Shown piece after piece: positions 1-8,934 of a stretch of 46,875 nt of DNA (position 1 is its first letter; every line of letters starts with the position of its first letter). Both the position numbers and the translations under genes were made by a program. Under the pieces are notes generated by a model. The model saw only the letters and a list, made by a program, of their open reading frames with translations, had not been told where the DNA came from and made no database searches. Origin of the DNA: a virus (taxonomy: Duplodnaviria; Caudoviricetes); the IMG/VR virus record IMGVR_UViG_3300023214_000244, positions 1-46,875 of that record; one strand, written 5' to 3'.

Positions 1-106
1 GCCTCCGCAAGGCCAAGTGCGAGTAAGGACCGGCGGCTTGCCCGCGGTGACCGCTCGCAGGACGCGCCCTAAGCGCCGGGATAACCGCCACTCGGCGGGC
101 GCCCTG
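1..106. repeat. Terminal direct repeat (identical to 46770-46875); circular-assembly overlap lying inside the CRISPR leader
   Basis: gcctccgcaaggcc...gggcgccctg is present at both ends of the window; a third copy lies within 378-528. Confidence 0.95.
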
Positions 107-377
107 GCACCAGACACCTTCGGTGTTTATCGGTGCGGCACCAACCCATCCACGCCAGAAGTTGTGTTGACTCCTGGCACCGTACACCTTCGGTGTTCAT
201 CGGTGCGGGGACCGCGAGCACAATCCCCTGTGGGAGCTGCCGGTCTGGCACCGTACACCTTCGGTGTTCATCGGTGCGGGAAGCATCTTGACCGACGAGG
301 CGCTGGCGGTAGCCTGCTGGCACCGTACACCTTCGGTGTTCATCGGTGCGGGACTGGCGAAGCAGCGGAGTCCTCCC
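104..377 (+). CRISPR. CRISPR array unit 1: 4 repeats of 35 nt (104, 174, 245, 317), spacers 35/36/37 nt and a short 26-nt fourth spacer
   Basis: Repeat CTGGCACC(A/G)(G/T)ACACCTTCGGTGTT(C/T)ATCGGTGCGG with unique spacers; hairpin GCACC..ACACC-TTC-GGTGT..GGTGC; orientation inferred from leader position and distal degeneration. Confidence 0.95.
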
Positions 378-525
378 AATGATGCGGGACTCGCTCGACC
401 CTATTGGCAATCATTACTTTAGGCCTCCGCAAGGCCAAGTGCGAGTAAGGACCGGCGGCTTGCCCGCGGTGACCGCTCGCAGGACGCGCCCTAAGCGCCG
501 GGATAACCGCCACTCGGCGGGCGCC
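378..525 (+). promoter_or_regulatory. Second copy of the 148-nt structured CRISPR leader / possible ncRNA scaffold
   Basis: Matches 46725-46872 with 2 substitutions (gggacTcg vs gggacCcg; ttggCaat vs ttggTaat); directly abuts repeat at 526. Confidence 0.85.
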
Positions 526-995
526 CTGGCACCAGACACCTTCGGTGTTCACAGGTGCAGCGGGCTCGAACAGCCGCCGTACAGCGCTGTGGATCAGACT
601 GGCACCAGACACCTTCGGTGTTCACAGGTGCAGCAACAGGATCAAGGCTGGCCCGGATTCTCCTTCGACACTGGCACCACACACCTTCGGTGTTCACAGG
701 TGCAGCACGCAGATATAGCAGGGGTCGATGGAGAGCGGAGGGTAACTGGCACCAGACACCTTCGGTGTTCACAGGTGCGGCTACACTCGCAGCGTCCCCT
801 GCGAACTCTGGCTCCTCTGGCACCATACACCTTCGGTGTTCATCGGTGCGGCATGCCCATTGCGCTCCGGGTCAGGTACACCAGATGACTGGCACCATAC
901 ACCTTTGGTTTTCATTGGTGCGGAGGAGACTGCGGCCCACTGACATCTTGGATGAAGGGCCTGGCACCATGCACTCTTGGTTTTCATTGGTGCGG
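526..995 (+). CRISPR. CRISPR array unit 2: 7 repeats (526, 599, 671, 746, 817, 889, 961), spacers 36-40 nt, last two repeats degenerate
   Basis: Repeat CTGGCACCAGACACCTTCGGTGTTCACAGGTGC(A/G)G, drifting to CTGGCACCATGCACTCTTGGTTTTCATTGGTGCGG. Confidence 0.95.
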
Positions 996-1202
996 CGCGC
1001 TGTGGGATGTTCACTGGTGCGGCTATGAGGCACTTCATTGGTGCGGCGACAAGCTGCTGAGGCATCTATGATGCGGGTACGGCACCGGCAAGCGAGGTGC
1101 GGCTAACAGTTGGCATGGGAAAGTCAGCGCGTGTCAGTCAACCGGCATTCGTGGTGCGGAGACATGGAAGAACCGACTGCATTCGGACGAAAGGGAGTCG
1201 CG

Positions 1203-1661
1203 ATGAGTCTTGACGTTTATTTGACCATGCCGTCAGGCGGCCCTTCGGAGGGTGCGCCGCGAGAAGCGATCTTCATACGCGAACACGGGCAAGCCCTGGA
1301 GATCAGCCGCGACGAATGGGACGAGCGGCATCCTGGCCGTAAGCCGGTGACCTCCAAGACGTGGTCGGGAGGTGGACGGGTCTTTCACGCGAATATCACG
1401 CACAACCTCGGGGACATGGCGGAGGAGGCTGGGATCTATCAGCACCTTTGGCGACCCGAGGAAGTCGGGATTACCAAGGCCCGTGAGTTGATCCAGCCGT
1501 TGACGGAGGGGTTGGCGTTGATGGAGCGTGAGCCGGACAGGTTCAAGGCGTTGAATCCGGCAAACGCCTGGGGGTCGTATTACGGCTTTCTGCCGTGGAT
1601 CTTGGACTACCTGGAAGCCTGCCGTGCGTGGCCGGATGCGGACGTGTCGGTGTGTCGATGA
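1203..1661 (+). CDS. Phage hypothetical protein
   Basis: ATG at 1203 after AGGGAG; ATGA overlap with next gene; phage-like C-terminus (ANITHNLG..MA..AGIY..LWRPEE..NP.N.WG.Y). Confidence 0.7.
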   Translation: MSLDVYLTMPSGGPSEGAPREAIFIREHGQALEISRDEWDERHPGRKPVTSKTWSGGGRVFHANITHNLGDMAEEAGIYQHLWRPEEVGITKARELIQPLTEGLALMEREPDRFKALNPANAWGSYYGFLPWILDYLEACRAWPDADVSVCR

Positions 1662-1948
1662 TCGGCAAAATGACTGATGTTCCGGAGCCTTGGCATTGGG
1701 AGTACGACGATGGCACTTTGCCCATGCTGATGGGGGATGGCCATTGCATTCTGGGGTGCCATGTCTGTACGGCTTGTCAGAAGCGTGGCTATCCGTGCAT
1801 GACGCCAGAGTCTGCGTATGCCGAGCGGATCGCGCAGTTGCCCGTGGTCGAGCATGAGCTGGCCGTGGCGCGGGAGCGGATTCGGGAGTTGGAGGAAATG
1901 ATCGAACGGATGGGGGGGGATGATATCTACGATGAATATGAATGCTGA
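1658..1948 (+). CDS. Hypothetical protein with Cys cluster and coiled coil
   Basis: ATGA translational coupling; CHVCTAC..C motif. Confidence 0.55.
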   Translation: MIGKMTDVPEPWHWEYDDGTLPMLMGDGHCILGCHVCTACQKRGYPCMTPESAYAERIAQLPVVEHELAVARERIRELEEMIERMGGDDIYDEYEC

Positions 1949-2354
1949 GAACACGGGACCAGGTCAATGGAAATGGCGGGTGAATGTCCCGTACTGGTGT
2001 CTGGAGCTGTTCGATGAAGAGGACCGGATGATGGCGGTGGTCAGGCCGCGGCCTGGATACTGTGATCGCGGTCACTGGCAGGTGCTCCTGGATCCCTATG
2101 CATCGCTTGCGTCGGACCTTGAACTCGATGAGGCTGATGGTCGGGATCTGATGTATTACATGTCCCTGGAGGCGGCCATGTGGGAGACGGTGGAGTTTCT
2201 CGCCTGGCGTCTGCGTAGGGAGACCCGTTACGATCCTGGTCCGGTTGCGATAAAAGACTTCGTGGACGAGGAGATGCCGGGCAAGGTGTTGTGGATCACC
2301 TCGATTGAGTACCGCTCGACCATGGCGCCGCACGCGGGCGAGGAGGAGGCGTAA
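1938..2354 (+). CDS. Hypothetical protein
   Basis: ORF tiles the operon; stop overlaps next start (TAATG); start uncertain (1920-1938). Confidence 0.55.
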   Translation: MNAENTGPGQWKWRVNVPYWCLELFDEEDRMMAVVRPRPGYCDRGHWQVLLDPYASLASDLELDEADGRDLMYYMSLEAAMWETVEFLAWRLRRETRYDPGPVAIKDFVDEEMPGKVLWITSIEYRSTMAPHAGEEEA

Positions 2355-2665
2355 TGCCGAAGAAGACCCATATTACCAGGGATGAGGTGTCTCCTGATGC
2401 TAAGCGGGTGGTCGACGCGCTTGACCAGGCCGTCCTCGACGTCTTGACCGAGCTGGAGTCCAAGCCGTTGAGCGACGAGCAGAAGACGACGATCGCCAGG
2501 CGGTTTCTCAGATCCATTGTGGCGGCGCAATTGCTCAGCGTGGCCTCGTTTTTGGACATGTTGGGGGTGCTTGGTGGGACCGCGCCGCCTTCGGGGCATC
2601 AGGTCCAGCTCAAGACCGAGGGGAAGACGATCGATTACACGATCGGGGAGGATGGCGAGTCGTGA
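2354..2665 (+). CDS. Hypothetical protein
   Basis: GGAGG RBS, coupled start/stop. Confidence 0.6.
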   Translation: MPKKTHITRDEVSPDAKRVVDALDQAVLDVLTELESKPLSDEQKTTIARRFLRSIVAAQLLSVASFLDMLGVLGGTAPPSGHQVQLKTEGKTIDYTIGEDGES

Positions 2666-3135
2666 GCACCTGGGACCTCTACCTGGACGAGGAGTCGGCC
2701 GTGCTGATGGCGGCTCTTGGTCAGGTCTTTGATTTGGACAGGATCTGGGATTCGGACTTTCTGGAGCGGCATTGGCGCCTGGCGCCGGGGCTGTTGCGGC
2801 AGGCCCTACGGGACGACTGCTTTCGGGGTTCGCAGCGAACGTTTGTGGAACTTCAGATGTGGCTGGCTTTGTGCAGCTGGGCGCGCCTCAAGCAAGCGGC
2901 GTGGGTCGACCGGGCCAGTTGGCCGCTTGCCCTCACGCTGATATTGGCGTGCTTCACGCCTTACATTCGGTCGCCAGAGTTTTGGTTTTTTCTGGGATCG
3001 GGAGCCACGATGGCCATAGCCTTTTTATGGTGCGTGTGCCGTTGCAGATACTGGGGAAAGGTGGCCGCTACGGTCTGGGAGACCGAACGGCCCGAGGGAA
3101 TAACCATCACCAAAGTCGAGGAGGATGTCGCATGA
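2662..3135 (+). CDS. Putative membrane protein
   Basis: GTGA overlap; two hydrophobic segments (WPLALTLILACF, FWFFLGSGATMAIAFLW). Confidence 0.55.
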   Translation: MSTWDLYLDEESAVLMAALGQVFDLDRIWDSDFLERHWRLAPGLLRQALRDDCFRGSQRTFVELQMWLALCSWARLKQAAWVDRASWPLALTLILACFTPYIRSPEFWFFLGSGATMAIAFLWCVCRCRYWGKVAATVWETERPEGITITKVEEDVA

Positions 3136-3395
3136 GCTTTGAGGAGCTTTCCGACGATGAGGAGCAGATGCTGGCGAATATGCAAAAGGTATTCGGTGAC
3201 GAGGTGCCCGAGGACCTTTTATGGTCCGTTGCGCTGGTGCTGATTCAAGGGAGCGAAGAGGGGGTACCACTGTGTATTGGGTTGCAAAAGGAGGGGCGGG
3301 GCGGCATGACGCTGTCCGGCTCCCCGGAGGAGGTCGGGCAGTTGTTGCACTCGGCGATCAAAGCCTTGGATGAGGGGCCTACTCATGGTCAGTGA
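3132..3395 (+). CDS. Hypothetical acidic protein
   Basis: ATGA overlap, GAGGA RBS (MSFEEL...). Confidence 0.55.
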   Translation: MSFEELSDDEEQMLANMQKVFGDEVPEDLLWSVALVLIQGSEEGVPLCIGLQKEGRGGMTLSGSPEEVGQLLHSAIKALDEGPTHGQ

Positions 3396-3660
3396 TCGAT
3401 CCGATGGGATTCCGGTCTCGGCAGCTTTTGACCGTTTGGACGTCAAGCTACAGGAGGCCTGTCCGAGCATGTCCCAGGAAATGCGGTCGGCCATCATCGC
3501 GCTGATGATCAAAAGCCGCTATTACGACTGTTCGTATCTGATCGGATTCATAACTGAGGAGAGCTGTTTGTTCAACTTTGGCACCTATCGGGAAGCCGAT
3601 CTCACCGCCGTCAGAAACAGCCTGTTGAAAGCTCTGTCGAAGTTTCGGGAGGAGGAGTGA
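3385..3660 (+). CDS. Hypothetical protein
   Basis: ORF tiles the operon. Confidence 0.5.
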   Translation: MVSDRSDGIPVSAAFDRLDVKLQEACPSMSQEMRSAIIALMIKSRYYDCSYLIGFITEESCLFNFGTYREADLTAVRNSLLKALSKFREEE

Positions 3661-3742
3661 CGGCCCTGGCCTGATTGTCTGCTACGTCCTTGCGCTTCGG
3701 GAAAGACCGCCTAGGGTCGGTGTCTTCTGGGAGGGCGCCGCT

Positions 3743-3973
3743 GTGGAAGACGGTACCGAGGGGCATCAGCCGACGCCTGAGGCCGTGGAGGCCTTGCACG
3801 ATCCGGCGAAGCGGTTCGTGGAGGATGTCGGGCCGGACACGGCGCAGTGGCTGGCCGAGGCGGTCCTGGTGTATTGCCAGGAGGCGAGGGATCGGCTGGA
3901 GCACGTCAGTCATGTGACCACACCCGAGGGGCGATCCTGGCGGATTGCGGTCAGCCATCGGGGGGATGCATGA
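3743..3973 (+). CDS. Hypothetical protein
   Basis: GTG after GGGAGG; ATGA overlap with the methyltransferase. Confidence 0.45.
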   Translation: MEDGTEGHQPTPEAVEALHDPAKRFVEDVGPDTAQWLAEAVLVYCQEARDRLEHVSHVTTPEGRSWRIAVSHRGDA

Positions 3974-4605
3974 CGTTTGCCAGGGAGATTCTGCCCTGTA
4001 TCGGCAAGCTGGTGCGCGAGGGCGACCGGGTGCTGGACATCGGCCCGGGGAGCAGCTCGGAGGCGGCTCGGGTGTTCACCTCATTGGGCTGCTACGTGGA
4101 GGGCTTCGACCTGTCGGGCCGGGCTGAGACGGTCCACAGCCGGCATACGGTGTTCGACATGGATTTCATGGAAAGTGCCGTGTGGAAACGGTCGGATCTG
4201 ATCTGGGCCTCGCATGTACTGGAACATCAGCGGGATCCGGGGTTGTTTCTGGATCGCTGCTTCGAGTTGCTGAATGAAGGTGGCTGGCTGGTCGTGACCG
4301 TGCCGCCGCGGAAAGATCAGATCGTTGGCGGGCATGTGAGTCTGTGGAATATGGGACTGCTGCTCTATCATCTGATTCTGGCCGGGTTCGATTGCTCGCA
4401 GGCGTCGTGTCTGGCGCATGGATATAATTTGACGGTGGCGGTGCAGCATCCGGGGCAGTCGCGGTTGCCCGGCGGGCTGGTCATGGACTCGCCGGATCTG
4501 GCGGTGCTAGAGCGGGCCGGGCTGTGGCCTGCGGGCCTGGCCGTGGGGAAGACCTTTGACGGGAGCGCCATCGAGGCGATCAATTGGCCGCCCACAGCTG
4601 ACTGA
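3970..4605 (+). CDS. Class I SAM-dependent methyltransferase
   Basis: Motif I VLDIGPG, post-I GFD, DLIWASHVLEH, LNEGGWLVVTVP. Confidence 0.85.
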   Translation: MTFAREILPCIGKLVREGDRVLDIGPGSSSEAARVFTSLGCYVEGFDLSGRAETVHSRHTVFDMDFMESAVWKRSDLIWASHVLEHQRDPGLFLDRCFELLNEGGWLVVTVPPRKDQIVGGHVSLWNMGLLLYHLILAGFDCSQASCLAHGYNLTVAVQHPGQSRLPGGLVMDSPDLAVLERAGLWPAGLAVGKTFDGSAIEAINWPPTAD

Positions 4606-4615
4606 AGGAGTCACG

Positions 4616-4972
4616 ATGTTTCACGTTCCTGAACGTTGTCGGGTGCTGGAGGGCTGCATGGCGTCTGACGCGAGCTACGGCAACAACGGAGCCTTTCGTG
4701 TGGTCGTGTCTGGGACCCGCTGCGTGGCGATCGCGTCTGATGGCATGGGCTGGGAGCACGTCAGCGTCCGACCCGCCAAGGCCAAGCGCACTCTGACCTG
4801 GGAGGAGATGGCCGCGGTCAAGGACCTGTTCTGGGACGAAGAGGATTGCGTGGTGCAGTACCACCCGCCTAAGTCGGAGCATGTCAATTGCCACCCCTAC
4901 GCCCTCCACCTGTGGCGACCGACTGGGGAGGAGCTGCCGCGGCCGCCTAGCATTCTAGTAGGGCCCCGCTAG
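4616..4972 (+). CDS. Conserved phage protein (GWEHVSV / WEEM..VK..FW / HLWRP family)
   Basis: AAGGAG RBS; motif pattern recognised from a widespread uncharacterised phage family. Confidence 0.75.
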   Translation: MFHVPERCRVLEGCMASDASYGNNGAFRVVVSGTRCVAIASDGMGWEHVSVRPAKAKRTLTWEEMAAVKDLFWDEEDCVVQYHPPKSEHVNCHPYALHLWRPTGEELPRPPSILVGPR

Positions 4973-4981
4973 GGCCTTTTT
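4960..4981 (+). terminator. Rho-independent terminator
   Basis: GGCCC-cgcta-GGGCC followed by TTTTT. Confidence 0.6.
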
Positions 4982-4992
4982 CAGGCGATTTA

Positions 4993-5020
4993 TTGCCCTA
5001 CCATTATTTTGTGGTAACCT
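4993..5020 (+). promoter_or_regulatory. Putative promoter TTGCCC-16-(TG)-TAACCT, probably giving a leaderless mRNA for the 5027 gene
   Basis: Same architecture as 7250-7277; ATG 6 nt past the -10; no SD. Confidence 0.5.
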
Positions 5021-5026
5021 GGGCGC

Positions 5027-5488
5027 ATGACGACTGGTGGACTATCGCGACAGGAGGATGTCCAGCAGGACATCCACAAGCTCAAAAAGCGGGTATTCGA
5101 TGAGGTCCAGTTCCTTCGCCAGTCGGTGAAGCATTTGGACCGGGAGCGTCGCGAGATCGACAAGTGCGGGTCGGATTCTTCGACCCCCCTCTTGCACCGC
5201 ATGCTGGAGCACGTCGAGCATGTGATGAAGACTTCCGAGAGCGAGGCGACGCAGCTCAAGGCGGCGAAGATCGTGCAGGAGGTCTACGGAGAGATCCGCA
5301 AGGAGCGGGCCGAGTTGATGAAGGAGGCTGGCAAGCGGGCCATCGAGGCACAGCAGGACCTCAATCGGACCTCGGTCGAGCATCGGCGGCTGGACATCGA
5401 GGAGCGGCTAGCCGAGCAGCGGGGCCAGGCGGCGCAAGAGGAAGGCCTGTCGCCCGATGAGCTGGAGCGCCTGGTGAATGGCTCGTAA
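5027..5488 (+). CDS. Putative terminase small subunit
   Basis: Helical ~150-aa ORF overlapping the start of terL; call by synteny only. Confidence 0.5.
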   Translation: MTTGGLSRQEDVQQDIHKLKKRVFDEVQFLRQSVKHLDRERREIDKCGSDSSTPLLHRMLEHVEHVMKTSESEATQLKAAKIVQEVYGEIRKERAELMKEAGKRAIEAQQDLNRTSVEHRRLDIEERLAEQRGQAAQEEGLSPDELERLVNGS

Positions 5489-7211
5489 AGGGCCGCCGAA
5501 GCGCTTGGGGCGTCTGGCCGCGGCCAATGCTCAGCGGCAGATCACGCCAGAGGTCGTTGAGCAGATCAGGGACGAGCGGCGGCGCCGGGATCCGTTTACC
5601 TACTACCATGTGAAGCCAGTCGAGGACTGGACCAATCCGGAGACGGGCGAGACCCATCGCCTGGGGCCGGGGCCGACGCAGTTGCAGTGCCTGCAGTCGA
5701 CGGCCAACTTCCGCTTGCTGGAGGGCGGCAACCAGTCGGGCAAGACGGCGCATTGCGTGGCGGAGTGCGCCATGTACGCCCGCGGGATCCATCCGATCCG
5801 ACCCTGGTTCGGGCCCGTGAATCTGATGGTGCTGGTGACTTCGCGGCAGCAGGCGCAGACCATTTGGCATCGCAAGCTGATCGAGCAATCCATGCTCAAG
5901 GGGCCGGCCTACAGTCAGCCCATGATCCCCAAGTGGGAGATCGACAAGATCAATTACGATCACGCCGGCAGCGGCAAGGTGCCGCGGTGCATCACGTTGA
6001 AGAATGGGTCGACCATTCATTTCAACTGGTCGGGGACGGACGCGACCTGGGAGCGTATCCAGGGCAACGAGTTTGATGCGATCTTTCGTGACGAGGCGTC
6101 GGGAAACAAGCGGCTGGGGGCCGAGGTGATTTCGCGGTTGCTGACGCGGTTGGATGATCCCAGCAAGCCCTTGTCTGGCTGGATCCTGTGGTCGGCGACG
6201 CCGACGTTGGGCAATGACGAGCATCGCAGCTTCCGCCGCAAGGCGATCGCGGGCGAGGAGTTCTATGCCTACTTCCGGATTCGACCGGAAGAGAATCCGG
6301 CCGTGAGCATGAAGGCCCGCAAGCTGGCGGCGGCCTCGATGTCCGAGCATTCGGCGAAGGTCCGCATGTGGGGCACGGCGACGGACGACGAGCGTTTGCT
6401 GGTCTATGCGCCGCATTGGTCCGACATCCGGCACCTGGCCGAAGATCCTTACGAGATTCGTGAAACGGACAATCTGTGGGTCGGGCTGGACCCGGCCTTC
6501 GGGCGCACGGGTAGCTATGTGGGCTTGGTGTTTTGCGCGATCAACGAGCGGGAGCCGTACCGGATTCAGGTGCTGCAGGCGGTGCAGTACAAGAACGGGA
6601 CGCTGCGGGAATACGTCGATTACATCAAGGATTGGCTCAAGGGGCGCTTTCTGGAGGGCGTGGTCTGTGATCCGGCGATCCTCAAGACGGAGAGCACGGG
6701 GCGCAGCGTTTACAGCCAGTTCCAGGAGATCCTGGACGCGGACGGGGTCCGGGTGGAGCGCGGGGTCTTGCTGGGCCGCAATCGCTACGATGACACGGTG
6801 CCGCTGATGCAGTCCTATCTGGACCGGGACCTGCTGTGCCTGGACAGCCAGGAGGCGGGCTGTGTGGAGCTGGCCTATCAGCTACAGAGCTGTCGGACCC
6901 GGGACGAGACCCGCTATAGCGGGCCGCACGGGGTGGTGCGCAAGGATCAGGACCTTTGCGATGCCCTGCGCTATCTGGTGAGCCTGGAGCCGTGTTGGGC
7001 CGATCGTGGGCCCAACCCCATGGGCGGGTACATCGCCCCACCGCAGCAGCGGATCCTGGACCCGACCGATCTGACCATGTCCGAGGACATGCCCGAGGAC
7101 ATCCGAATCCACAAGCAGCGGATCCAGCAGTCCATCGCCCTGATCGACCGGGTAACCGCCAACGATCCGCGTCAGCACTTCGCCCCGGTGCGCTACGACC
7201 CCATCGGCTGA
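5478..7211 (+). CDS. terL: Terminase large subunit
   Basis: Walker A GGNQSGKT, Walker B AIFRDE, SATP coupling motif, nuclease VGLDP and DLCDALRY. Confidence 0.92.
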   Translation: MARKGPPKRLGRLAAANAQRQITPEVVEQIRDERRRRDPFTYYHVKPVEDWTNPETGETHRLGPGPTQLQCLQSTANFRLLEGGNQSGKTAHCVAECAMYARGIHPIRPWFGPVNLMVLVTSRQQAQTIWHRKLIEQSMLKGPAYSQPMIPKWEIDKINYDHAGSGKVPRCITLKNGSTIHFNWSGTDATWERIQGNEFDAIFRDEASGNKRLGAEVISRLLTRLDDPSKPLSGWILWSATPTLGNDEHRSFRRKAIAGEEFYAYFRIRPEENPAVSMKARKLAAASMSEHSAKVRMWGTATDDERLLVYAPHWSDIRHLAEDPYEIRETDNLWVGLDPAFGRTGSYVGLVFCAINEREPYRIQVLQAVQYKNGTLREYVDYIKDWLKGRFLEGVVCDPAILKTESTGRSVYSQFQEILDADGVRVERGVLLGRNRYDDTVPLMQSYLDRDLLCLDSQEAGCVELAYQLQSCRTRDETRYSGPHGVVRKDQDLCDALRYLVSLEPCWADRGPNPMGGYIAPPQQRILDPTDLTMSEDMPEDIRIHKQRIQQSIALIDRVTANDPRQHFAPVRYDPIG

Positions 7212-7239
7212 GGGGCCCAGGGCCTTCCCTCGACCCAAA

Positions 7240-7277
7240 TGCAACTCAGTTGCATAACCACAGATTCGTGGTAACTT
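7240..7277 (+). promoter_or_regulatory. Putative promoter TTGCAT-16-(TG)-TAACTT overlapped by palindrome TGCAAC-TCA-GTTGCA
   Basis: Seen in sequence; related palindrome at 44364-44376. Confidence 0.5.
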
Positions 7278-7290
7278 CGGCCGAGGCGCT

Positions 7291-8922
7291 ATGTTCTTCG
7301 AGCCGGTCTCCACATCTTTGGCCAGTCCCGCCCTCATGGCAGACGGCTCGGCGGCGGCGCCGAGCCTGACCTATGCCGACGACACCGATCTGGGCTTCTA
7401 CCGGGTCGGCGACAACCAGCTGGGCATCACGGCCGGCGGAACCAAGGTCGGGGAGTGGTCCAGCTCGGGCCTGCAGATCGACACGGTCGGCGGCCTGGAC
7501 ATCAATCCGGGGTCGGACGCCGACGCGGACCTGATCACGGTCGGGGTCACGGGTTCGCCCAAGCTGTGGTGGGACGAGTCGGAAGATTATTTCGTGTTGA
7601 GCAAGGGCCTTCATTCGTTGGGGGCCTTTTCGCTGGAGGCGGCCGGGTCGCAGGACATCACCCTGACTGACGAGAACAACGATCTGATCATTCAGGGCGG
7701 CACGGCCACCACGGATTTCCTGATCGAGGTCGCCGCGTCGGACAACGATGGAACCGACGACGTGGCATTGTTGATCGACAACGTCGGCAAAGCCGGGGCG
7801 ACCGATACCGAAGCGCTCTTCTTGGGCTGGGACGCTGGTAATAGTCGGTACGAGGTCCGCACCCAGCAGACGGGAAGCGGCAGTAATAGAAACATAAACC
7901 TATTCACGGCGGGCAACGCTGGTCAGCTGGAGCTGTTAACCGGCGGCAGCGTCACGATGTCCGACACCACCGCCAGCACAGGCGCTGGCACGGGCGCGCT
8001 TCAGGTGAGTGGCGGCATCCGTGCTGGTGCGGCCAGTACGTTTGGCGGTTCGCTCGACCTAGCCGGCAATGAACTCATCCTCGACTCTGACGGCGATACG
8101 TCCATAACCGCGGATACCGATGATCAGATAGACTTCCGGGCCGGCGGCTCCGATGTCTTCAACATCACCTCCGATGGTCTGAACGTCGAGCCCGGGTTTG
8201 GCTACAAGATCAATGCCGGCGCGAATGAAGATATCATCCTCAACGGGGCTGTGAGCCAGGGCGTCAGCTTTGAGGCCGATGGCACAGAATACGGTCGGGT
8301 GGATTCCAGTGGTTTGTCGGTCGACACCATCACCGACCTGGGCGGCGGTGACCTGACGATCACCGTTACCGGCGACACGCTCCTCAACGAGGATACCAAC
8401 TCGACCTTCGTTGCTGGACGGGCTCGCATTGATAGTCGCATTACTGACGAGGCCGTCTTTTCGCACTACGATCAGGTAGGTACTGGTGATTATTCCCTAC
8501 GCCAGGCCGCCGGCGGAGACACGGTGATAAACGCCATCACCGGGAGAAGGGTTTATATTGCCAACAACAACTCCCTGGGGCCGTTCTATGACGGAGCAAA
8601 GCTGGATCTCAATTCCAAAAAACTCGACATGAATGGCAATCAACTCATCCTCGACGCTGACGGCGATACGTCCATCACGGCGGACACCGATGATCAGATA
8701 GATTTCTCTGTCGGTGGAACCGGCGGCGACGATATGCGGCTGGACTCTTCCGGTCTGCATGTCGACACGATTCAGGACATCGGCGGCGGTGACCTAACTC
8801 TGAATCCGGCTGGCAATCTGAAGTTTGGCACGCATTCCACCATCTCTAGTGAGACGGTCACCGGGTACATCACCATCAAAGACTCAGGCGGCACGACACG
8901 GAAGTTAGCCGTGGTGAGCTGA
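7291..8922 (+). CDS. Fibre/spike-like virion protein with internal repeats
   Basis: G/D/T/S-rich beta-type sequence; N-terminal DGSAAAPSLTYADDTDLGFYR; duplicated GNxLILDxDGDTSITADTDDQIDF; C-terminal GYITIKDSGGTTRKLAV. Confidence 0.7.
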   Translation: MFFEPVSTSLASPALMADGSAAAPSLTYADDTDLGFYRVGDNQLGITAGGTKVGEWSSSGLQIDTVGGLDINPGSDADADLITVGVTGSPKLWWDESEDYFVLSKGLHSLGAFSLEAAGSQDITLTDENNDLIIQGGTATTDFLIEVAASDNDGTDDVALLIDNVGKAGATDTEALFLGWDAGNSRYEVRTQQTGSGSNRNINLFTAGNAGQLELLTGGSVTMSDTTASTGAGTGALQVSGGIRAGAASTFGGSLDLAGNELILDSDGDTSITADTDDQIDFRAGGSDVFNITSDGLNVEPGFGYKINAGANEDIILNGAVSQGVSFEADGTEYGRVDSSGLSVDTITDLGGGDLTITVTGDTLLNEDTNSTFVAGRARIDSRITDEAVFSHYDQVGTGDYSLRQAAGGDTVINAITGRRVYIANNNSLGPFYDGAKLDLNSKKLDMNGNQLILDADGDTSITADTDDQIDFSVGGTGGDDMRLDSSGLHVDTIQDIGGGDLTLNPAGNLKFGTHSTISSETVTGYITIKDSGGTTRKLAVVS

Positions 8923-8934
8923 GAAAGGTCTCGT

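Noticed and set aside
946-962. Spacer 10 partial match to 3365-3380 (cttggatga.gggcct)
   Set aside because: Only ~15 nt, partly repeat-derived; compatible with chance
17-1065. ORFs of 60-180 aa across the array
   Set aside because: Translations are periodic products of the CRISPR repeats
8065-8706. DGR template/variable repeat pair
   Set aside because: Both copies are in-frame coding, differences are not adenine-specific, and no reverse transcriptase is present
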